A DNA stretch of 64,000 nucleotides from the human T2T-CHM13v2.0 reference genome, Homo sapiens: NCBI RefSeq assembly GCF_009914755.1, contig NC_060929.1, one strand, 5' to 3'. The notes below the pieces were generated by a model, which saw only the letters and a program-made list of their open reading frames with translations, made no database searches and was not told where the DNA came from. Position 1 is the stretch's first letter, and each line of letters begins with the position of its first letter. A program made the translations under genes and the position numbers. Shown here in pieces: positions 27,279 through 40,318 of this stretch.

Positions 27279-27585
27279 GCAGGGGCAGATGCAGGTTTTG
27301 TGAGGCCTGAAGATTATGCCATTGGAAGGATTCCCTTTCAGAAAAGGAATACAATTATAAAAATAAAATTAGATTGAAAGTGAGTATTCATTTATAACGA
27401 TAAATAACAAATCTTAAAAAGCTGGCAAATTCCATAAACGTAACATTTCCAATTCAGATTCCTCTTATCCAGGTCCTGAAAATGCCCTCAGACATTCCAG
27501 TGCCACCCAACAGGAAGGAGAGTGTGTCCGAGGGGAAATTGAATGGAAAGAGAAAGCCAGCTTAACAAATTGTAGTTAAAATACC
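27279..27585. mobile_element. hAT DNA transposon remnant with MER53-like terminus
   Basis: ggggcagatgcaggttttgtgaggcctgaagattat...aaaggaatacaa resembles the MER53-type end. Confidence 0.5.
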
Positions 27586-28463
27586 CCACCCCTTACCCTG
27601 CATAGAATACTTTTAATTTCTCTGTAACATCATCCACCAAGAACACTTTGGATAAACATCAAATTACAAGCTAATCTTGTGATATTCTATGTTGTTATTG
27701 TTGCTTTCCTCTGATGGAAATCTGGTGACCACCCCTGATTTGTACAGGTCAAATTTGATCCATTTTGAAAAGTCTCTTGCTACTGCAGATTAGAAGGAAA
27801 TGACTGTATGACCATTTTGCTTAGGGTCTTCCCTAAGCATTGAAAGACGTCTTTGGGAGCCTTGAAGCTTCATTAGTGTGATATGGAAAATCTGCCTCTG
27901 GTTTCTGAGTTTTTTTTCAAAGATGGAGGAAACTGGCTGCCCTGCCCTTGAGAATTCGCTACTGGGGAGGCAATCGCATCATTACAGAAAGTGATTATGT
28001 GTGATAATTGTGATAAGTGTTGGATAAGAACATGCTGAGAATGCTCCTGAAGCCACAGGAGAGGCAAATGGACTGCAGAGCCTGTGTAGGAGCTGGGTTC
28101 ACAATGGAGACTGGAATTAGCCGGGTCACAGGCAGGTGAAGGGTGGTCCAAGGAGAAGGCGTGGTCTGAGAGAGGGTGCCTGCACTGGTTGGCACCGGCT
28201 GACTGGAGGGGAGGGTTGCTGTGAGCCTGGGAGAGGAGGCTGGAGCCATCACACTTCTGGTGAGGGCAGTGCTGGCATTGGAACCCATGTCTTCAGCCTC
28301 TACCTGCATCACCACATTATATGATGGTCCTTGTGTTCTCCATGTACTTATACTTAATTTTGCGAACCCTTTTCTTTGAGTGTAGAGAAGAACATCAAGC
28401 TTTGCTTACAGATGGTGGAATTATTGGTGGCAGAAGAGGCAGCCCTAGTTTCTCCCCTAGAGC

Positions 28464-28515
28464 TGTGTGTGTGTGTGTATGTGTGTGTGTGTGTATGTGT
28501 GTTTGTGTGTGTGTG
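28464..28515. repeat. Imperfect (TG)n microsatellite
   Basis: Direct read. Confidence 0.95.
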
Positions 28516-28680
28516 GTGGGGTGGGGAGTGCAATTTCTGAATAACCGTGAAGTTATGGTCATGAAAGGTGGCCCTGATGTGGGAATCTTTTGAGGTGCAT
28601 GGCTAGCAAGGTTCCATGTTTCCCCAGGGACTTGTCTTCAGCCCTTCCTTCTTTTGTGCAGATCAATAATAAGGGGAATC

Positions 28681-28739
28681 GAGAGAGAGAGAGAAAGAGA
28701 ACGAAAGAGAGCGGGGGGAGGGGAGAGAGGAGAGAGAGA
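28681..28739. repeat. GA-rich purine tract
   Basis: gagagagagagagaaagaga...gggagagaggagagagaga. Confidence 0.9.
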
Positions 28740-29789
28740 TTGATTTAGGGGAAAACTCTAAACAATTTAGGAAGAGTTGCAGGTATACACCATGTCAAAG
28801 ACTTACGGTTGCCTTTTATAAAGTTGCCAAAGACTTTTGTGCCACCTTGGAATTAGAAATGACCAGGTTGTGGAGTAACATATATGGGAGGGCTCTCTTT
28901 GTGGGCCATCTGGGTGTAGAAAAGTGCTGAGCAGAGGCGTGCTGATGGGAGGGAATTTGAAAATCTGGGTTACTGAAACAATACATTTAAGCATCTAATA
29001 TAACTATCGTTTAGATTATGGCTGTGGTTATTGAAAGTGACTGTGTAGGAAGAGGAAACAGCTTCTTGTATCCTTTTGAGAACAGACAACCATGAATCTA
29101 CAGAAAACATAAAGTGATTAATGAAGTATTCATTTTCAGCAGATTATCTAATAAAGTTCCATCATTAAGGCATTAATCTATTTAAATGTACTTGACCAGT
29201 CATAAATTAGATTTAAAAAATGTGTGAGTCTCACCTGCCAACCTGACCATACTGCTTTCAAAAGTCTATTCTCATCAGTAGAATCTATTTTGATCACTTC
29301 TAGCCAATGAAAAATGTAAGCTTTTAGGAGAGAATGTTTCCTAGGACTCACCCACTCCCATTCAATGTTCTAATATGTAAAGAAAGTTACATATAAAATA
29401 CTGGGATCAATCACAATGTCCATCTTTAGACAGTTGGTTAGATCAATTATCTGGTCTTTGAAAAGAATGATTGAGGTCTGAATGTGCTGAAGTGGAAAGA
29501 TATCTATGAAATATGGTGGTTTTTTAAAAACACAAGTTGTAGGAGAATATGGGAACCCGTGTGTGTGTGTTTTTAAATGAAAAATACTTATATATTGACG
29601 GAACACTTCTAGAATGATACCCAAACTCCTGGAGTGGGGGTGGGGAATACCTTCTATATACACACTTTTCTACTGTTTGAATTTTTTACTATGAGCCCAA
29701 ACTGTATAATCTGTTTTTAAATAGAGGAAAAAAGTTAAAAAGAATTTGTGAGTCTAGCAGGAATCACAGATTTTTTCCATTTAAAGTCA

Positions 29790-30130
29790 TAAGAGAGAGG
29801 AGAGGATGGGGATAGGTTGGTCAGTGGGTACAAAGTTGCAATTATAGAGGAGGAATAAGTTCAGGTGTTCTATTGCACAGTTGGGTGACTATGGTTAACA
29901 GTAAAGTATCGTATATTACAAAAGAGCTGGAAGAGAAGCTTCTGAATATTCTCACCACAAAGATATGATAAGTGCAAGAGGTGATTGAGTACACGAAGTA
30001 CATTGATTGGATCATTGTACAATATGTACATATCAAAATATCAAAGTGTCCCCTATAAATATGTATAATTACAATTTATTGATTAAAAATTAAATTCATC
30101 CCTGAGAGGTCTGAAAGAAAATTAAAAAAA
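29790..30130 (+). mobile_element. L1MA-type 3' end
   Basis: gggtacaaagtt...aggaataagttcaggtgttctattgcacag...tatcaaagtgtcccctataaatatgtataatt; flanking taaagtca repeats. Confidence 0.85.
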
Positions 30131-30914
30131 TAAAGTCACCATAAAATATTGTGTGAAAGGAATAGTGCATATTTTCGTAAGAAACTGAAAACACTTCCCG
30201 TGAGTTGAGACAAGAATATCCCAAGGGTTAGTGGAACAAAATGAGTTAAATAACTTTTTCAGTGGGAAGTCCAAGATTGGCTTTCATAATAATGCAGTTC
30301 TCTGTTTTTATTTTGAATTGTGACTTTTATTGTTCTTTACATCTTTACTGAATTCTTCATTAAGAATTTATTAATAAAGGTATTTTAGAAAAGTTACCTA
30401 TACATAAAATCCTGTTTTAGCAGTACAGTGTCCTCTTTAATAAAACCCAGTGGTGAACACTTTTGATAAATACACTAAATTGTATGTTTGAAATCAGATT
30501 TTTAAATACTAGGTTTGTTTTGAAGTGGGAACACCTTATATGTCATTGTGTTTTTGAATTTTAAAAAGGTATTTATGCATGGATGGCAGGGGATTAAATG
30601 TGAAAATATATGATATTGTATCAAAACTTCTGACTGAACTCAATAGGGAGTTTTCCCCCAGGCAAAGGGGTAAAAAATAAGCCATATAAGGTGATATCTG
30701 ACACATTGTCAGTGAGATTTCTATTGGTAACCGCCATTGTGCTCTTAGTGGAAGTTGGGATGATGGGAGGGGGCTACTAGCCATTAAATTGCATGTGGTC
30801 TTTAGTTAAAAATGGGGGTGCAGAATAATTTTTGAAGCATTTTTGATGGCTCAGAATTGCAAGTATCTTCAGCTTTCATCGATGAGTAGATAAACTATGG
30901 GACATACATATGCC

Positions 30915-32080
30915 CTCACTCCCCTCCCCCCACCATTCCTAACCCCTGACAACCATTAATCTGTTCTTGATCTCTATAATTTTGTCATTTCAAGAATGTT
31001 ATATATGTGTGAAGTAATACAGCTTATGATCTTTTGGGACTGCCTTTTTAATCACTCAGCATAATGCCCTTAAGAAACAACCAGTTGTTGTGCGTATCGA
31101 GGGCTCATTCTTTTTTGTTGATGAGTCATATTCCATGATATAGGTGTCCAATTTGTTTAACCATTTCAGGTTTTTCCAGTTTGTTTAACCATTCCACTTT
31201 GTTTAACCATTCCAGGTTGTTTCCAGGTTTTGGCTCTTATGAATAAAACTGCTATGGACAATTGTATATAGGTTTTTGTCTGGACATAATTTTCATAACT
31301 TTTCAAATGTGGATGTTCTTGGGATAAACGTCCAGGAGTATGATTGCTGGGTCGTATAGTAAGTGTATGTTTAGTTTTTAAAGGAACTGACAAACAATTT
31401 TCCAGAATGGCTGTATCATTTTACATTCCAACCAGCATCATACAAGAGAGCCAATTTCTTTGCATCCTTTTGAGTATTTGGCATTACTGCTATTTTTTAT
31501 TCTAGTTATTCTGATAGGTGTATAGTGATGTCTCATTATGGTCTCTGGTATAGATCGTTTTTCTTTTCAGAAATTCTGGTAAAATATAACATATCATGTA
31601 TTTAATCAATCTTTAAGTGTATAGTTTTGGTGGCATTGAATACATTCATATTGTTGTGCTGCTGTTAGGACTATGCATCTGTAGAACTTTTCCATCTTCT
31701 CCAGCTGAAACTCGGTATCCTCTGAGTGATAACTCCTCATCCTTCCTTTTACCAAAGCCCCCGGCAACTATCATTCTACTCTTTGCCTCTATGAATTTTA
31801 TTACTCTAGGAACATTAATGTACAAGTATCCGTTTGAGTCCCTGCTTTCAATTTTTTAGGTATATACCTAGAAGTAGAATTGCTGGATCATATGGTAATT
31901 CTGTGTTAGCTTTTTGGGGAACTGCCAAACTTTCCTACAGTGGCTGCACCATTTTACATTTTCAGCAGCAGTGCACAAGTGTCCTATTTTCTCCCCGTTT
32001 TTGCCAACACTTTTTATGTTCTGTTTTTTTAAATAATAGCCATCCTGCTGAGTATGAAGTGGTATGGTATAGATTTTGAT
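30915..32080 (-). mobile_element. Adjacent old L1M fragments
   Basis: acccctgacaaccattaatctg..., gattgctgggtcgtatagtaagtgtatgtttag, tagaattgctggatcatatggtaattctg; ORF 31868..32146(-) is degenerate ORF2 tail. Confidence 0.8.
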
Positions 32081-32957
32081 AGAGATATTTGAAATGATTA
32101 TGTAGCCCCTTTGGGAGTAGGGATTTCTGATTAGGGTCCTTCCCACCTTTCAAGTTGCAACCAATCTTCATCCTCCCTCAGAGTGAGATTAAAGTTGATT
32201 TATGCATCACTAAACTTGTAGGCATTCCCTGACATCTGAATGTGTTTGGATCCTGAGTTGAGATAGCAAGAGTTTATATGGTGAGTTTAGATAGCAAAGA
32301 ATATCTAAATCTGTTTGGGTAGGAAAAGTGATAGATCAGATAACAATAGATTAATCTAAAAAGTTACCTGAATCCAATTGGAAAGCCAGAGTTCAGAGTG
32401 TGGAAGTTTAGAGAATGGAGGTTATCTCTATTTTAATGTCAGTTGGCACACAGACAATATAGTAGGGAAAGCTCAGTCAGTTTATGCAACTCTGTGTTCC
32501 ATGGTTAAATTGATAGCACTTAGTCAAATTGCCTGAATGGTACTGAAGACAATAATAATTTCTATAATGCCTTGCAAATCCAAATCTAGATTTTTTTTCA
32601 GGGGTTGGGGTTCTCTGATTCTCAATGTATTGATTCTTTACTTTGATTCCTAGAAGGCAAGCTCTTAGGAGGTATGAAAAAGTAGGGTAGAATTTGGCTC
32701 CTTTTGGGGGTTTCCCGTGGGAACAGGACGGCACTCAGGTGGATCTCAGGCCCTGGGCCTGGCCAGACTCAGGAGTCCCGAGGAAGAGGAGGTCAGGTAG
32801 CCCACAGGAGTATTTAAATAAAATAAAAGTCTATTGTGGTCACCTGCTACCTTCAAGGAGTCCAGGAGGGAAGGTTATAGACTTTGCCTGCTTTCCTCTC
32901 TCTCTTTAATTCAGTTACTTGAAAGGCTTTAAAAATTTCTACTTATCCTTTCCCAGC

Positions 32958-32959
<2 letters not shown>

Positions 32960-32988
<29 letters not shown>
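32960..32988. repeat. (TG)14 microsatellite
   Basis: Direct read. Confidence 0.95.
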
Positions 32989-32991
<3 letters not shown>

Positions 32992-33069
32992 GAGTTTTGT
33001 CTATCTTCGTATAGAAGTATAAACTCCACTCTTTTTTACAAGTCTTGGTTGGTATAGAAGATAATTTGT

Positions 33070-33366
<297 letters not shown>

Positions 33367-33730
33367 TCACTTAATGTGGATGGGAATATGGGGAGGGAAT
33401 GGGGAAATGGCATTTAGGACATTTCCTGCTTTGACTAAGACAAGTTGCTGGGAGGTCTATGCTTCTCCCCAGATAGACTAGTGAATGTTACTATGTTGTC
33501 CTCATGATGTTAACAGCCCTTTGGGAATCTACTCACTTACCCAGGGTAGGTCAGTGAATTTTCTAAAATAACTAAAGGACATCATCTACCTGTTAGAAAG
33601 TAACTGCTTCAATCTTCTTATTTTCATAGGTTGTCACATGGAAAAGACCAAATAGCCTGTCTAACTGCAAACATGACCAGTGCAGAGGCAGGAAGCCTGG
33701 CTGTGAACCCACAGAGGATTATTATTACTA

Positions 33731-34055
<325 letters not shown>

Positions 34056-35531
34056 TAAATAAAGGCAGGAAAACATAAAATGTGTGCCCAGAAAGGCCAC
34101 ATTTTGCCTCATCATACAGTTGTTAAACCTCTTTGGTTGGGATTTGTGATTGGCCGTGATGGCCACCACGGTGTCATCACATCTGAGCAGAAGTCCCATA
34201 ATAGTCAGGGCACTTTGGCTCACTGGGATGTTATCCTGGTGTGTTGTGATGTCTGCACTACTATTTGTCAATCTTTAACAGAGACAGGACCGGAAGGGGA
34301 CAGGAGGTTCATGTACACAACTTGGAGAGGTAGATGGAACACTTTCATGTGCATGTTGAAAGAGTTAACATTTTGAGAACTGAGGTATTTAGACATTTTA
34401 GAACTATGATATTTCTACTTGTGTCCTGTGATCTCTTTTCTATAGGTGGCAATTAACCCCTTGATTTGCTCTGTCTGCGTAAAGCATTTAAAACAGAAGT
34501 GGAGGTGCTTTTGTCTATTGAAAGCCATTGGCACGTTGGGACAGAAGCAACCAAGGCAAGCAACCCAACCACTGAATCAGGCTTAAAAAACACTTTAAAG
34601 ATACACACTTCACTGCCACCTCTTTGCGTTACACTCTTCCTCCTCTGTTCTAGCTCAGTTTCAACCTTCTTTACTCATCCATGGCTCTCACCTTCTCTGT
34701 TGATGCCTGCCCACTTTATACCTTCCACCTACTGTCTTTCTCTTTCTGGCTGTTTTTCTTTTTAAACTATGTGACATTTGATGTGAGCATCAAGCAGCAC
34801 ATGGCACATAATAAGCACTCAATACATGCTTATTGACTAGACTATTCATACTGTGATTAGCACTGTCCTTCTTGGTTTTTCCATAAATTAAGACCACCTG
34901 GTGGCCATTGTGTGCATGCCTCTGAAAGAGCTGGCCATGTGGATTTGTGTTTTGATTTAATGGGATGGGAAGGGGAGCTGGGGATAAGGGCAGCCTGCTG
35001 AAGGAGTCCTCATTTTAGAGTACTTGCTGTGGGCTAAGGGAAATCCAGTCTCTGGCTAGAGTTTTCAGAGATTGTGATTTCCTGGACTCTCCTAGGTGTT
35101 TGAAGGATATGTTTTCATAGACCATGTTGTCATCTCAAATGTTGACCCCCAATGATAGAAATGACCCTGGCAGTGAATGAAGTGACTTATTGGTAGGCAG
35201 GTGAGTGCAAACCAGTGACTCCCTGTCTACCGTCTGCTTAGACCCAGGTTTCAGAAGTGCTGAGCACGTGGCGGTGTTCAGCAACTACTGCGTTATTATG
35301 CTGGTACACTTAGCTGAACTCTGGTGGAATAAACTGTTTACCCAGAAGGGTGGAACTTCCAGCAGCCATCAAAGCTCTGAGTGGAGCTGAGCCAGAGAAG
35401 GGGCTTGCATTTTCACACCCTTGGGCCACACTCCTTCAGGCAGCCTTCTTGTCCGAAGGAACTGAAATAGCCCGGACAGGAAGCAGACAAAGTCTAGTTT
35501 GTTGTCCTTAGCCTCTAAGGTAGACTATTCA

Positions 35532-35732
<201 letters not shown>

Positions 35733-35789
35733 TTAAATATCCCATGGAGAAACATATAACATTGAAAAAAAAAAGAGTCTATTGAAGTT

Positions 35790-35940
35790 CATGTATCACA
35801 ATTAGTTTGTTTTCTCACTTGAATATGAGCTCTGTGAGAGCAGAAACTTTGCTTCTGGTTTTTCCTGCCGATTTCTGGATACTGTGTCTGGCACAGGGTA
35901 GGCACTCAGTAAGTATTTATTGACTGAATGAATGAATGAA
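35790..35940 (+). mobile_element. L2 3' terminus
   Basis: gaatatgagctctgtgagagcag...tgtctggcacagggtaggcactcagtaagtatttattgactgaatgaatgaatgaa. Confidence 0.85.
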
Positions 35941-37502
35941 GCTTACATAAAAGAAAATGATACTTAGTTTTATATTTATAAATCTCAACTTTTAAGGAAG
36001 CTCTAGGTCAACTAAGAAAACTGGGAGAAAACATCCCAGTGTGTGCCCTGAATAAGACCAGAAGTCATTACTTAGGGGAGGTCAAGATGCTGCCAGCGGG
36101 GCAAACAACTTCCTTGGTAGGTGCCCTCTCTCCTCCTCCCCGCTTTCTTCTCTCCTCCCTTCCTGCTATGGCCACAGCATCAGCAAATATGATTATCTGA
36201 GGATGTGTATGAATAATGTATGACTTGAGTCCTTAACTTGCAGGGCTGTTTAGTGAATAGGGGTACCCTACCTTGTTCTAGACTAGTAGCCCTGTCCCTG
36301 TACAGCTTGGGCTCTGCAGAGCTGAGAGTGCTAGAATTGGGATCCTGGCCTGGTCACTTGAAATCTGCTGTTTTCTGGTCCATCTGAGTCTGACCTCCCT
36401 GCTGACCCCAGGTCCTCCCCTTGGACTGTGTGGCTGCCACCTTGCCCCCAGAAGTAAAGCATCACATGCTCTACCCTACGCGAGCAGCTGGCTAGAGTGG
36501 GACTTTATAATCAGTGTCCCCTAAGTCCTGGCTCTTCCTGGCTGGTCTCATAGCTGCCTGTGACCAGAGCAGAGAGGCAAATTCAGAAGTTTGGAATGTT
36601 TGGAAGGCACGTTTGTTTTGTGACGATAGTGATGGTGTCCGTATGTAAAGTGTGGAAGGAAATCCACCTGGCAGTAAGTGGATGGCTATGGTTTGGCCAT
36701 CCAAAGCTTAGTGGGGATTCATATCTGCCTCTGTCCAGGAAATGGCATTCCTATCTCAGTCTCACATAGGAGAAAGGCTTGATAGAGTGGGCTAGCTGGG
36801 GAGTTCCAAAGAGCAGGCCTATAAATGGTCTTTTAGTACTGAATCTGAGCAGAAATTGGGGAATTTCCAGATATGCAGATGCAAATTATTATCCTATGTA
36901 TTCTTGAATATAGCCATATGGTCAATTTAATTTAACTGTCCCTGACTAGTATGCAGAGGCAAGCTCATGGATTTCTATTTTTTTTTATTTGTAAAGTCAT
37001 TTTTAACTTATGTGAATTTTTTATTGTCTTGGAAGAATCTCTCTCCATTAACCAAAGAAAGTCATTAGTTCTGTTCTAATTAAGCTAAATACAAAGAGAA
37101 AACCCAAAATGAACATAGTACCTATTAATGGCAAAATTTTTTGTACTTTCTAGTATGAAAAGTTATGTATATCTCTGGAAAATAGAAGTTGATGAGTAAT
37201 CCTATCCTGGCTGGTATTACTGATTTTTTTTATTCCAGTCTAATACCACAAAGTTCATTCTAGTATTCACTCTTTGTTTATGACTTTTTCTCTGACAATG
37301 GGAAATTTGGCTATCATGATCTACAATATATTTACTATATTTTCAAGCCTAGTATACTTGTAGTTTTATATTGCTAACCTCTACCTTCTGAGAGAATATA
37401 GACCTGTCCCCTGTTAGAATATAGATTTACCAACTAGATAAAGAGTTTGTATATGGTTCTTTTTGTCTTACAGTCAAAACACTTTAGCTTTACTGTCAAA
37501 GT

Positions 37503-38372
37503 TTTTTTTTTTTAATTTCAGCTTTTATTTTAGGTTCACGGGTTATATATGCAGGTTTGTTACATGGGTATATTGCATGATGCTGAAGTTTGGGGCACAA
37601 TTGATCTCGCTACCCAGACACTGAGCATAGTAGCCAATAGGTAGTTTTTCAGCCATTACCTCCCTCCCTTTCTCCCCACCTTAATAATCCCCAGTGTCTG
37701 TCATTCCCATCTTTGTGTCCATGTGTGTTCCAATATTTAGCTCCCACTTATACTTGGGGACATGCAGTATTTCATTTTCTGTTTCTGCATTAATTTGCTT
37801 AGGATAATGACCCCCAGCTGCATCCATGGCCCTACAAAGGACATGATTTGATTTCATTCTTTTTTATGGCTGAATAGTATTCCATGGTGTATATGTACTA
37901 CATTTTCTTTATTCACTCTACCATTGATGGACATCTGGGTTGATTTCATTTCTTTGCTTTGTGAATAGTGCTCCAATAAACATACAAGTGCATGTATATC
38001 TTTTTGGTAGACCAATTAATTTCCCTTTGATTATATACTCAGCAATAAGATTGCTGGGTCAAATGGTAGTTCTGTTTCAATTTCTTTGGGAAATTTCCCA
38101 ACTGCTTTCCACAGTGGTTGAACTAATTTATATTCCTACCCACAGTGTATAAGCATTCCCTTTTCTCTGCAGTCTTACCAGCATCTATTATTTTTTGACT
38201 TTTTAATAGTAGCCATTCTGACTGGTGTGAGATAATATCTCATCTCTCTAACGATTAGTGATGTTGAGCTTTTTTTCATGCCTTTTGGCCACTTGTCTGT
38301 CTTCTTTTGAGAAGTGTCTGTTCATGTCTTTTGCCCACTTTTGAATGGGGTTATTTGTTTTTGGCTTGTTGA
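37503..38372 (-). mobile_element. L1PA15/16-like 3' end nested in the older L1
   Basis: Poly-T then gcaggtttgttacatgggtatattgcatgatgctga...gagcatagtagccaataggtagtttttcagcc. Confidence 0.85.
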
Positions 38373-38763
38373 CCTAAAACAAGGCTGTATAGGTCAGCTC
38401 CTTTCTTTACAATCCTCTTTGGTATGCTTCTGTCATACGTTTGTAATACAGTTAGATTCATTGCTACAGTCTATGTTCCACTCTGGATTCTCCTGTAATC
38501 CTGGTTGATTTTTAAAATGTTACATACAGCAAAATTTACTTGTTGTGTTGTAGATTTCTGTGGAGTGTGGCAAATGTACAGTGTTGTATCCATCTCCACA
38601 GAACCATATAAAACACTTCCATCACCTATCAAATTTTCTCATGCTGCTCTCTTACAGTCAAACCCTGCTCCCACCTCTAATCCCTGGCAACCATTAATCT
38701 GTTTTTCCTTCCTATAGTTTTGCCTTTTCTAGAATGTAATATAAATAGAATCCTATAATACAT

Positions 38764-39140
38764 TGTGATGGTTACTATGGCACTGAACAAAGGGGGATGA
38801 ATGCAGAAATGAAGACAAAGCTTGTTCCTATTGAGCAAGGGCCCTGAGCTTCTAAAGCCCTTCATATTTATTGGGTAGAAAGAGCAGGGAGGAGGAGGTA
38901 ACGGTTGGTCAGCTGCTTGATTTATCACAGGTTCACATGATTGCTAACAGGCTTCAGATGTGCCTTGTAGATAATCACAAGAAACACTGCACCTGGGGTA
39001 TGACTGCCCTCAGCATTCCTTCTGGGCAGCAGATGCAGTTTGTCAGTTTGCCAACAACCTGCATTCATGAGCTGTTTGCTCATAGAGCCTCCAGTGGTAT
39101 ACTGAGTTGGTCATGACCCGCATTCTTTCGGCCTCCAACA
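38764..39140 (-). mobile_element. LTR3-type solo LTR (HERV-K HML-6 group)
   Basis: Minus strand reads TGttggaggccgaaagaatg...accaactcagtataccactggaggct...aataaa...accatcaCA; TG..CA termini; 6-bp flanks atacat/atgcat. Confidence 0.8.
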
Positions 39141-40027
39141 ATGCATAGCCTTTTGTATATGGCTTCTTATACTTAGCAAAATGCATTTCCGATTTGTTCC
39201 TGCTTTTGTGTGAAACAATAGTTTGTTCCTTTATATTGCTGAGTAGTATTCCATGGCATAGATGTACCACAGTTTGTTTAACCACTCATGTGTCGAAGGC
39301 CTGGTTTTTCATGCTTATGAATAATGCAGCTCCAGTTATTTGTGAATAGGTTTTTGTGTGAACATAGGTTTCAATTCACTTGGATAAATTACTAAGAGTA
39401 GTATTCCTGGGTCTTATAAGCTATGTTTAATTTTATAAAAAACTGCAAATCTGTTTTCCAAAGTAGCTGTTTTGTATTTCCACCAGAAACATGAGTGTTC
39501 CTCCAGTTGTCCCACATATTCACCAGCATGTTGTATTATCAGTTGTTTTATTTTAGCCCTTCTAAAAGGTATGTAGTAGTATCTTATTGTGGTTTTAATT
39601 TGCACTTCCCTAGTGAACAGTAATGCTGAGTATCTTTTCATATGCTTACTTGCTATTTATAGCTTTTCTTTGGTGAAGTGTCTGCTCAGATATTTTACTC
39701 CCTCTCCTTTTTTATTGGATTGTTTTCTTGTTGAGATGTAAGGGTCCTGGATACAGCTTCCTTTTCAGATATGTGATTTAAAATATTTTCTCCTAGTCTC
39801 TGGCTTATATTTTCAGTATTTTAATCATGGTTTTCACAGAGCAAAAGTTTTAAATTTTGATAAACTCAGTGCAGTCTATCAATTTTTCTTTTTGTAGGTC
39901 ATACTTTTGGTGTATTTAAAAATGCTTTGCTAAACTCAAGGTCATGCAGAGTTTTAAAAAAATGTTTTCTTTTAGAAATCATGTGGTCTTACATTTTACA
40001 TTTAGATCTGTGATACCTCTGAATTAA

Positions 40028-40318
40028 TTTTTTTTAAGACAGAGTCTTTCTCTGTTGCCTAGGCTGGAGGGCAGTGGCATGATCTTGGCTCACTGAAGCC
40101 TCTGCCTCGCGGGTTCAAGTGATTCTACCACCTCAGCTTCCCAAGTAGCTAGGACTACAGGTGTGTACCACCCATGCCTGGCTACTTTTTGTAGTTTTAG
40201 TAGAGACAGGGTTTTATCATGTTGGCCAGGCTTGTCTCAAACTCCTAACCTCAAGTAATTTGCCCGCCTCAGCCTCCCAAAGTGCTGGGATTATAGCCAC
40301 GAGCCACCGCTGTCGGCC
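40028..40318 (-). mobile_element. AluS nested in the old L1
   Basis: Two arms, short tail. Confidence 0.92.
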
